A stretch of DNA of 16,843 nt from Candidatus Thorarchaeota archaeon (GTDB lineage: Archaea; Asgardarchaeota; Thorarchaeia; Thorarchaeales; Thorarchaeaceae), in NCBI GenBank assembly GCA_048884965.1, contig JBHLQH010000054.1, positions 1-16,843 of the forward strand. Reading direction: 5' to 3'. Both the position numbers and the translations under genes were made by a program. Each line of letters starts with the position of its first letter. The stretch's first letter is position 1. A model generated the notes under the pieces. The model ran no database searches. It was not told where the DNA came from and saw nothing but the letters and a program-made list of their open reading frames with translations. Below, one piece after another: positions 8,430-16,300 of this stretch.

Positions 8430-8772
8430 AGATGAATTCGAGGTTGGGGTGAGGTGCTCCGACAGTTTGAGTAGACGGGTGGCTACTCCTCTCTCTATCT
8501 CCATTCCCCATTTTGCAAGGCTATCGAAGCACCTGACTCGCGAACATCTTGAGAATACCTGAAAGAATACTCTTCGGAAACAACCAACAGTTTTCGGTGT
8601 TCACGAATCCCGTATTCACCCCGGTTCTCTCTCGACTTCTTCCAGTACACTTCCAAAAGACAAAGATGAATTACTCTCTTGTTGTGCTCTTAGATACACA
8701 TAGGCACTGGATATCCCTAGAATTCTTGTCTAGAGGGCTGAAGGTGGGTGTACCACCTTTCATGCCTTTGGA
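8430..8772 (-). ncRNA. Candidate structured RNA (about 340 nt, core 8436-8636) of unknown family; either a 3' UTR element of the NIF3 gene or an independent ncRNA
   Basis: Manual pairing on the minus strand gives GGGGUG/CACCCC (8617-8622 with 8446-8451), a 14-bp helix AGGUGCUUCGAUAG/CUGUCGGAGCACCU (8521-8534 with 8452-8465), a 12-bp helix GAUUCGUGAACA/UGUUCGCGAGUC (8598-8609 with 8535-8546), and nested hairpins. Imperfections in the long helices are G-U on the minus strand. Confidence 0.6.
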
Positions 8773-9726
8773 CTAGATTCGTTTGTGTCTAAACAGCCCT
8801 GAACAAGTGTAGGCTTTCAATCCCCGCTTCTCCAACTCATCAAGAATAAGATTCATTCCAATCGAGTCAGAACTGTCATGACCAGCAATAACAACATAGA
8901 GACCTTCCTCTTCGCATTCTTTCTTGAGGTTCTCTGCCATGTGCATCGTGATGATAGTGCTGATACCCGCACGTGCTAGAACCTTGATAGCCTTGGGTCC
9001 TGGCGAGGTCCCACCGGTGAAGAAGACGAATTTCTCACCAACGCTTCCTGCTTCACTGCCAACTATAATCTCAGGTCCCGCACCGACTTTCTCCGCCTCT
9101 TGATACTCTGGAATCTCAAGGAGTGTTTCAACCAAATCTCCTAGCGTATCTGGTTCCTTATCCTTTAGATAGGACATAAGATACTGATAACCCATTGAGT
9201 CAGCAGGAGTATGAGCACATAGGAATGCCATATCAATCAATCTTGCGGCATCGATGGTTTGCGTGTGATTACTTGGTTTGGTAGCAAGATGAACTTCCTT
9301 CAATCTTGGTGCCATTGCTGATTCTGCCTGAGCGATAGGAACCCCAAAGGTCGCCCATTGTTCTGGTTGAAGCTTCATAACAAAATCCAGATTGGATGTA
9401 CCTATACCATGAGGATGATGGGCGAAGACTAGATCGATCTTGCTTCCTTTGCTTTCCAATATGTCAGCTAAGGCAATTTCTCCTGGGGTGATGTCGATTC
9501 CCGCGAGGACAGAGTTGATTTCTCTCTCTGGTTCTCCATAAAGGAGTCTACAATCAGTGTATGGATTCCAAGCCACATCCTTGTCAGCAAGCTCCTTCTT
9601 TTTGCCTGTCAGTTTCTCAAGCTTGCTCTTGGATTTCTCCAACACTTTGTTGACTTTCTCTTTTCCTCTGGGATCTGCATCTATTCCCAGTTCAACGATC
9701 ATTCGATAGATTTCCCCGAGTTTCAT
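8773..9726 (-). CDS. NIF3/DUF34-like (NGG1p-interacting factor 3) metal-binding protein
   Basis: MKLGEIY...GIDADPRG N-terminus, NPYTD, GIDI, AHHP (metal His pair), HTPAD, TGGT, MHM, AGHDSSDSIGMN. ATG 9726 is the likely start; the track's extension to 9798 overlaps the divergent intergenic region. Confidence 0.87.
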   Translation of the reverse strand: MKLGEIYRMIVELGIDADPRGKEKVNKVLEKSKSKLEKLTGKKKELADKDVAWNPYTDCRLLYGEPEREINSVLAGIDITPGEIALADILESKGSKIDLVFAHHPHGIGTSNLDFVMKLQPEQWATFGVPIAQAESAMAPRLKEVHLATKPSNHTQTIDAARLIDMAFLCAHTPADSMGYQYLMSYLKDKEPDTLGDLVETLLEIPEYQEAEKVGAGPEIIVGSEAGSVGEKFVFFTGGTSPGPKAIKVLARAGISTIITMHMAENLKKECEEEGLYVVIAGHDSSDSIGMNLILDELEKRGLKAYTCSGLFRHKRI

Positions 9727-9825
9727 ATGTTTTTGCAATCCAAGCATCACTTTGAACCTTCCGGACCACGCTGCATGAAGACTTATCTGGCAGAACATTG
9801 CTGCTTCTTCAAAGGTGTATCAATC

Positions 9826-10680
9826 ATGAACGATGATGAGAAACGTGGCGGTCGGACCATCTACAGAATGCTCGCACAGGATCTTTATAGGACGAACCTT
9901 CATGGAGATGAGGTTGGGATAAGGCAAGTGGAGCAGTGGCGCTCACGTAGTAGACAGTTTACCAAGGATGCTGATATCATAGGTAGTATTTCCGAAGCTC
10001 GAATCAAGTCCGAAGGTGAACGTCTACCACCTATGGAGAAGTCAGGCTTTATCATATTGCGACAATCTATGTGGCGAGATGAACCAACAGAGATGCAACG
10101 AAGATTTGTTATCAAGATGTTCACGGAGTCTGGAGGATGGTTAGCAACGATGGAAGAGATGGTTGCGGACTCTCTTGCCATGAGCTTTGCAATGGATGAA
10201 TCTGTTCTCAATTTCGCTATCATGACACAGGAGAACGAGCTGGTCACCTATATCCGCCAGATGTATAGGGGGGGTCTCGCCACAGAAACCTATGGTTTCT
10301 ATCTAATAGGTCCTGATGGTAACTTTGAGGTATTCAGAATAGAGGGGAAGCGAGCTACTGCAGGCGACGACTTCAAGGTCATTCTTCTATCACGCAAGAC
10401 TGAGGTTGCTGAGATTGATAGTAAGTTTGGAGATATCGGTGGCGAGTTCGTGGTTAAAATCAAGGATGAGATACTAGCGCGAAACGATTGGTTCTGTAGG
10501 ATTCTCCAATGCTTCTCTATTGTGATCAGGTTCCGACTTGAGATACGAGAACGCATGAAGAAACGACTGGAAGGCTGGCAGAGAACCGGTGAAGGGCATC
10601 CTCAGCATCGTTACGAGCTCTCCTTGCTCGCAAATCCAAGGAAGTTAACCCTTAATAGAGCAGAGTTCGAAGAGGTGTAG
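9826..10680 (+). CDS. Hypothetical protein, possibly Tubby C-terminal/LURP-one/scramblase-like fold
   Basis: Likely start ATG 9826 (MNDDEKRGG) after AGGTG. The C-terminal half FRIEGK...GDDFKV...VAEIDSKFGDIGGEFVVKI plus a hydrophobic helix resembles LURP-one/Tubby-C proteins. The fold call is inference. Confidence 0.75.
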   Translation: MNDDEKRGGRTIYRMLAQDLYRTNLHGDEVGIRQVEQWRSRSRQFTKDADIIGSISEARIKSEGERLPPMEKSGFIILRQSMWRDEPTEMQRRFVIKMFTESGGWLATMEEMVADSLAMSFAMDESVLNFAIMTQENELVTYIRQMYRGGLATETYGFYLIGPDGNFEVFRIEGKRATAGDDFKVILLSRKTEVAEIDSKFGDIGGEFVVKIKDEILARNDWFCRILQCFSIVIRFRLEIRERMKKRLEGWQRTGEGHPQHRYELSLLANPRKLTLNRAEFEEV

Positions 10681-10716
10681 TGATTAAATCGCGGGTTTTA
10701 GCGAAAAGACTACACT

Positions 10717-10761
10717 CGCAAAGGTTTTATCTATACACTGACTTAATGACAGAAAGAGGTG
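10717..10761 (+). promoter_or_regulatory. Putative BRE/TATA promoter and RBS of the 10771 gene
   Basis: Purine-rich GCAAAGG immediately followed by TTTTATCTATA (10725-10735), then GAGGTG (10756-10761) 9 nt before ATG 10771. Confidence 0.5.
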
Positions 10762-10770
10762 CGCGTGCCC

Positions 10771-13137
10771 ATGACAAATGGGAGGAGATTAGTACTATCC
10801 ATAATAATGATATCTGTTCTCCTTATCGGACCTACTCTAGGAATTGTCCGCGCCGCATACTTACCATATGCGCACGTGACCCATACCCAGAGTTTCGATA
10901 GGGCAGAAAATAATCACACCTATGTTTACGTAGGTGATAATCAAAACAATTGGTATATGAATAGATTTCTTAATCATGAGGAAGATATTTCATACGACTA
11001 CTATAGCTATGGTAGAACATCTTGGTTTGATAGTTCTGGCAGTTATGATGGACCAGCTGATAGATCGTTCGATTGGTCTGCTGGCGATTCCGCAAGCTGG
11101 GGATGGTATTGTGATTCCCAATTATTACCAAGATTCTACGACTTCACAACTGAACATAGTGATTCCTATATTGGTGCGACACAGTTCTATGAAGTATTCC
11201 CGCTTCCTTTGAATGTAGAAAACACACTTCTAATTCAACCCGGGTACATCTATCTTGGGACATTCAATGTGACTGACGAGGAGTTCTTCCATATGACAGT
11301 CACTAGTCATCAAGATGATCTCGAAATGGGTTGGCTCATTCTTGACTATGAATATAGAGGTATCGCAGAATGGGGACTCGACAATGGTGATATTGAGGTT
11401 ACTGCCTTCCCTTCAATGGGCAATGGTACATATTATGTACTTTTCAGCATGGGCAGTGGTGACCAAGCTCAAGTTCCGATTGATATTCTCATCGAACCAG
11501 TTGTTCCTGAAACTATTGGTTTTGGCGAGATCGTAGAGGGTAATCTACCAGGCTCTGAATACAAGATTACTGAAGATGGCTCTTGGATCTACGAAGAGAT
11601 GCGACCAAATGTTCACACCTATAAATTCAGCACTAATTCAACTGAATATGGCTGCCTTACTTTTGGCATGAACTATCCTGGTGGAATGATGTATTCCTAC
11701 GATTCATTCGCATGGATTACAAGCAACATCTGGTACGATAGCTCCATGGACTATGCATGGGGCTATGATCCAAGCATGCCAAGTGATGTATTCTATTATA
11801 CATCCTTCGGAAATGAAACCTATTACATCACAGTTCAGGGAATGGACAACATCGACTACTACATTATGAATGAGTTAGCGAACATTCCTGAATTACCTGT
11901 TAATGAGGAATTCTTCATTCAGAATTGGCAGAGCATAGATTGGTATCAAAAACCATATTTACTCAATCTTGGACAGGACTCTGTTCTTCGACTCAATAGA
12001 ACCGAGTGGTCCAGTGGTTTTGATTGGCAGTTTTGGACCTTCAAGGACAATGGACTAGTAGATACACTATCAATCGGTGAAGCAGGAACCTTCGAGACAG
12101 CATCAACAATTTATCTCCCTGCTGGAGAGTATTTGGTTACTGCAAGAGCTCAAAGTACAGCAGCAAGCGGTTTGTATGAATTCAATATAGGACCAGTGAT
12201 TGAAGGTGTAGGTAATGTGAATGTGGATAATGGACGTCTTGTTGGAATGAGAGTTCCAGTCGAAACGATGTCGTTCTATCGCAGCAATATCACACTACTA
12301 AACCACGAGAATCTCTCGGTCTTGGTTGATGTGGACTTCATCAATGAATGCGGTCTTAATGAATATGCTACACTTGCTAGTATCGGAAACCAACAGTCTG
12401 GTACAAGCTGGGTTGCATATGGTGTGAATACCACTAGTTGGGAACTTGGACTCTACACTTCAAGCTACACTCAGTTCTGTGAAGGAAATCTCATTATTGT
12501 TGTAGCACCACATGCTATGGCGAACAATACTGGCGGCGGTAGCATTCCATACTATCAACGCTCCGCTGATTTCCGTGTTACTTTCGATGAGGATGCTGAT
12601 AGGATACTAACAGATGAACAATCTGTGAATGTTGGTGACGAACTTGTCTGGGCCAACTTCACACTCGATGCAACTGGAGAGAATGATGAGCTCTATGTCG
12701 TCAGAATGAGTGTTGCAACAGGTGTCTGGATGAATCTATCCATCTATGGTGAGGATATGGATGATTTGGATATCTATCTCTACCAGAACATGGATGGATG
12801 TCCGATCTATCTTCCATGGACAGACCTCGATGATACTCTTACAGGCACTATCACTACTGAAGCTTCAATCCAATTTGGTAGTGCCAGTAGTGAGATTCTC
12901 ATCGTTTTCGATGTGGACCGAACACTTTCAGATGAAGGTAGATTGGATATTGGTATCCAAACCTTCATGACGAACTCCTTCGAGTGGCTACCCATTCCTG
13001 ACTACTACCACTATGGTACTGTACCCGGACCAGCTCCCGCACCCTTTGATCCAGTACTAGCTGTTGGTGCAGTCGCTGTCATTGGCATTGTAGTAGTAGT
13101 TGTTGTGGTCATCCTAAAGAAGAAAGGCACCATCTAG
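10771..13137 (+). CDS. Large secreted, C-terminally membrane-anchored surface glycoprotein with multiple beta-sandwich-like domains
   Basis: Signal peptide MTNGRRLVLSIIMISVLLIGPTLGIVRA. Acidic, Tyr/Trp-rich body with recurring GTYYV/ETYYI/GEYLV strands and many N-x-S/T sequons. Ends in a Pro-rich linker, TM helix and KKK. Confidence 0.88.
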   Translation: MTNGRRLVLSIIMISVLLIGPTLGIVRAAYLPYAHVTHTQSFDRAENNHTYVYVGDNQNNWYMNRFLNHEEDISYDYYSYGRTSWFDSSGSYDGPADRSFDWSAGDSASWGWYCDSQLLPRFYDFTTEHSDSYIGATQFYEVFPLPLNVENTLLIQPGYIYLGTFNVTDEEFFHMTVTSHQDDLEMGWLILDYEYRGIAEWGLDNGDIEVTAFPSMGNGTYYVLFSMGSGDQAQVPIDILIEPVVPETIGFGEIVEGNLPGSEYKITEDGSWIYEEMRPNVHTYKFSTNSTEYGCLTFGMNYPGGMMYSYDSFAWITSNIWYDSSMDYAWGYDPSMPSDVFYYTSFGNETYYITVQGMDNIDYYIMNELANIPELPVNEEFFIQNWQSIDWYQKPYLLNLGQDSVLRLNRTEWSSGFDWQFWTFKDNGLVDTLSIGEAGTFETASTIYLPAGEYLVTARAQSTAASGLYEFNIGPVIEGVGNVNVDNGRLVGMRVPVETMSFYRSNITLLNHENLSVLVDVDFINECGLNEYATLASIGNQQSGTSWVAYGVNTTSWELGLYTSSYTQFCEGNLIIVVAPHAMANNTGGGSIPYYQRSADFRVTFDEDADRILTDEQSVNVGDELVWANFTLDATGENDELYVVRMSVATGVWMNLSIYGEDMDDLDIYLYQNMDGCPIYLPWTDLDDTLTGTITTEASIQFGSASSEILIVFDVDRTLSDEGRLDIGIQTFMTNSFEWLPIPDYYHYGTVPGPAPAPFDPVLAVGAVAVIGIVVVVVVVILKKKGTI

Positions 13138-13141
13138 TTTC

Positions 13142-13192
13142 GAAAGGAAGGGTCTGATACAAAGACCCTTCTTTCTACTTCTTTTTCTATTC
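13142..13192 (+). terminator. Hairpin plus T-rich tract terminator for the 10771-13137 gene
   Basis: GAAGGGTCT-gatacaa-AGACCCTTC perfect 9-bp stem, extendable with GAAAG/CTTTC, starting 5 nt after the stop and followed by TACTTCTTTTTCTATT. Confidence 0.7.
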
Positions 13193-13279
13193 TAATAATT
13201 CAAGGTAACTTTACAGTATGGTAAAATCCGCATCTTACTACCAAGTTATAGGACTTTGTGATTTTTCTAGTCAGTTTTT

Positions 13280-13325
13280 AAAAAATAGGAGGAAGGATAA
13301 TTCCCGTTTTCTCAGGAATTATCCC
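13280..13325 (-). terminator. Hairpin plus pyrimidine/T tract terminator for the beta-helix protein gene
   Basis: Perfect 10-bp inverted repeat GGATAATTCC (13295-13304) / GGAATTATCC (13315-13324), followed on the minus strand by TTCCTCCTATTTTTT, about 18 nt after the stop. Confidence 0.7.
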
Positions 13326-13342
13326 AAGTTTCTAAAGAGATA

Positions 13343-16300
13343 TTATGTTTGTTTCTTCTTCAGGAAGAGTACTACAACAACGATTACAATTGCAGCTCCA
13401 GCAATTCCCGCTACTAGGAGTATCAATCCAACATCAAGAGGTGGTGGTGGTGTTATTTCAGGAATGACCCGTAGTACTGTGATGGTGACAGAATCACTAG
13501 CTGAATTTCCACTACCATCATATACCGTAATGGCAAAGGTATGTGTTCCAATGGTCAAGCCATCCACATTCACAAGAACTCTGCTTCCTCCCCACGGGCT
13601 TTCAACATAGGTAGTACCATTGTAGCTCACAACCAAGTGAGAGGGGTATTCGTCCTCCGCTATCCATGTGATTACATTGCCTGTTTCTCCACGATAGTAG
13701 CTAAAGTCATCTGGGCTGTCTATTGTTGGATCAACATCGTCATCGATGCAGAGTATCTGAACGACATCTTGTGCTGTGTTGCCATCGATATCATAGATGA
13801 TGGTTATGAGAGTATGTTCTCCCTCAGTCATACCATCGACATTGACCACAAGGTTTCCACTTGTCCAGCCACCACTATCCCATTCTACCTCATCGACGTA
13901 GACGATGTAGTTATCTGGATGAAGGTCAGATACTTTCCAGCTCAATGTCTGACCGCTTCCACCGACGAATACCCAAGCATTTGGCGTATTGCTGATATAT
14001 GGAGCGGTACCATCAAAGACATGGATCAGAACTGTGTCCTCAACGGAATTCTGATCAACATCCCACAGAGTCACGATAACCTCGTGGATCCCATATGGAA
14101 GTCCATCGACGTTGATCTTGATACTGGTGTAGTTCCAAGCATCCTCACTCCAAAGAGAGCCATCAATCTCAACCTCCCAATCCCGAAGTGAGTCGTCATA
14201 GGCAAACCACTCGATGAAGTTGCCTTCAGAGCCTTCAGCATAGTAGATATCTTGAGGTTGGCTGATGATTGGCTCTGTAGGAGCATACAACATCGGATAT
14301 CTGTCCTGAGAGCTTCCTGTCCCATAGATATTATATACAGCTGGAGGTGAAGCATCGTCCCACCAATTACCCGTATCAACTCCATCATCCCAGTATTTGA
14401 AGTTAGCATCTCCGCCATTATGATTACGGTTGAGTGCAATTATGTTGTAGTAAACCTCCGAACCAGTAGAACCGGTTAAGTAAACTCCGTAGTTCTCATT
14501 CCATCTGATGCTGTTGTTTCTTATACTAATATAATCACCTGCACTGACCCATATACCATCCTCATTGTTCTCTATAGTATTCAAGGTGATGTTAATATAA
14601 TCTGCACCTGCCTGATTGATCCAAATCCCGTGATCACTGCAATACATTATTACATTGTTATGAATCGTCCAATTATCTGCATTATATGCAGTAATTCCAG
14701 CTGTAGCATTCAGGATTAGATTATCCATAACACGAACATAATTGGTACCTGTGTTCATGACATATATTCCACTTTGCTCAGTGTTGAGAATCTCATTGTT
14801 GGAAATCAAAGTGTCTACAGGTGAATCCAAGAAGATACCATACTCATTTCCTTCAAACAGACAACCATTGATGAACAGGTCCGTTGTATGGAAACCGTAG
14901 AATCCATCAATACTGTCTGCTCTCCTTCCATACTTTATCTCGGAATCTAGAAGACTCATATTTGTACCATAGAGGTTCGCTATTGCACCAGAGTAATCTG
15001 ATCCATGGTGCGTGAAATCTTGGATTGAGACATTGTCTACAAAGAGGAATAGCATGCCATAGTAGTTGCTACTTGTGACAATATTCCAGATATCGACATT
15101 CGCACTAAATGCTGCTTCAATTGGTACTGTCACGAGTCCAAAGGTGTTATCATGGATATCAACCCACGAGTTGTTGACCAGAAAGATTTGTCCATAATCA
15201 CTTGCTAATATGTCAATTCCATTCGCATCTGGATTATAGTAGATTGGAAGGCCATTTACAGTGTTGTTCTCAACAAGATGATAGTATTCAGGCATCGCTC
15301 CATTATCGAAAAAGAACCCGCAATCGGTAAGCGTATTCTCAATGATGACACAATCTAATAGGTTGTCGCCAAATACTCCGATGAGAGGAGCTGAGCCAAT
15401 TGTATTGTAGGAGATTACACCATATATCATGTTTTGAACACTAATTCCTAACTCTCTAGTATTGGTGACAGTATTGCTCTCTACTGTCCCATTATTGATT
15501 GTGAGACCAACAATACCTGAGTCGGCATCATCAATCGTATTACCAATAATCATAACACGCATACAGGTTTGGACATACACACCTTGGTTATCAATTTCGA
15601 AGATTTGATTATTGGAAATAGTGGAGTTGGGTGAACTGTATAGGTTAATGCCTTCGTTTGCGACATTAACGATGTTATTCTCGATAACTGTATTGATACC
15701 AGTATCAAAACTTATCCCCACATTATCCACATATTCGATTACATTGTCCATGATGGTCCAATTGTATGAAGCTTGGAGCTCAATACCTGTCCCATCTACG
15801 TATCCCACGTATGAATTCGTTATAGTACCGTTGTTGCAATTTGTGAGAAACACACCATAATCATCAAACAAGTTGGTTATTGTATTGCCATCAAAAGTGA
15901 CGAAATCGCAATCATCAAAATCATATCCTCTTTCAATAACATTATCCATCGTATTCCCAATCACACTGATATTATTCGAGTTTGAGAAACCGACACCATC
16001 GGTGCCGATATTCTCTATCTCGTTGTCATGGAAGGTGACATTATTCGAAAATGCGAAGCTAACACCGTAATCGTTTGGTGCTGTGATGTAACAATGTGTT
16101 ATTGCGATATTGTCTGTGCTATCAATATCAAGTCCTGGTCCGTCATTGCTATCAAGAATGCAGGATGAAATAATAATATTCGATCCACCTTCGGTTTGGA
16201 TTCCACCTGAACCGTTATTATACATTCCAGTTATGCTCACATCGTAGCTGTATCTAGTATAGAAGGAATATCCTGTAATTATAGTATCATCAACACTAGT

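Noticed and set aside
8460-8534. Cobalamin riboswitch resemblance (AGGUGC...AAAUGGGGAA...AACUGU)
   Set aside because: Lacks the GGUG-AAUCC hairpin and the CCCCCGC element, and lies 3' of a gene with no downstream same-strand gene to regulate.
8495-8656. 53-aa minus-strand ORF (LEVYWKKSRENRGEY...GEWR) and a 30-aa ORF at 8671-8763
   Set aside because: Short, with weak start context and no motif. Base-pairing explains the region better, although a small peptide cannot be strictly excluded.
8430-8772. RNase P RNA, SRP RNA, 5S rRNA, tRNA, T-box, hammerhead or SECIS identity
   Set aside because: No GAGGAAAGUCC/ACAGAA..GGCUUA, no SRP helix-8 GNRA motif, no cloverleaf, no UGGNACC, and no CUGANGA/GAAA core. 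The AUGA at 8760-8763 lacks the opposing GA, and NIF3 has no in-frame UGA.
8549-8776. 75-aa + strand ORF in the intergenic gap
   Set aside because: TTG start without an RBS, no recognisable motif, and antisense to the G-U-supported RNA structure.
9727-9825. N-terminal extensions of the NIF3 (to 9798) and 9727 ORFs given by the track
   Set aside because: They overlap each other head-to-head. Better starts exist at 9726 (-) and 9826 (+).
13541-14191. 216-aa antisense ORF and the other shadow ORFs (e.g. 283-639, 1823-2215, 2895-3308, 5099-5461, 6726-7124, 13218-13610)
   Set aside because: They lie wholly or largely on better-supported genes, have no motifs, and are typical antisense shadows.
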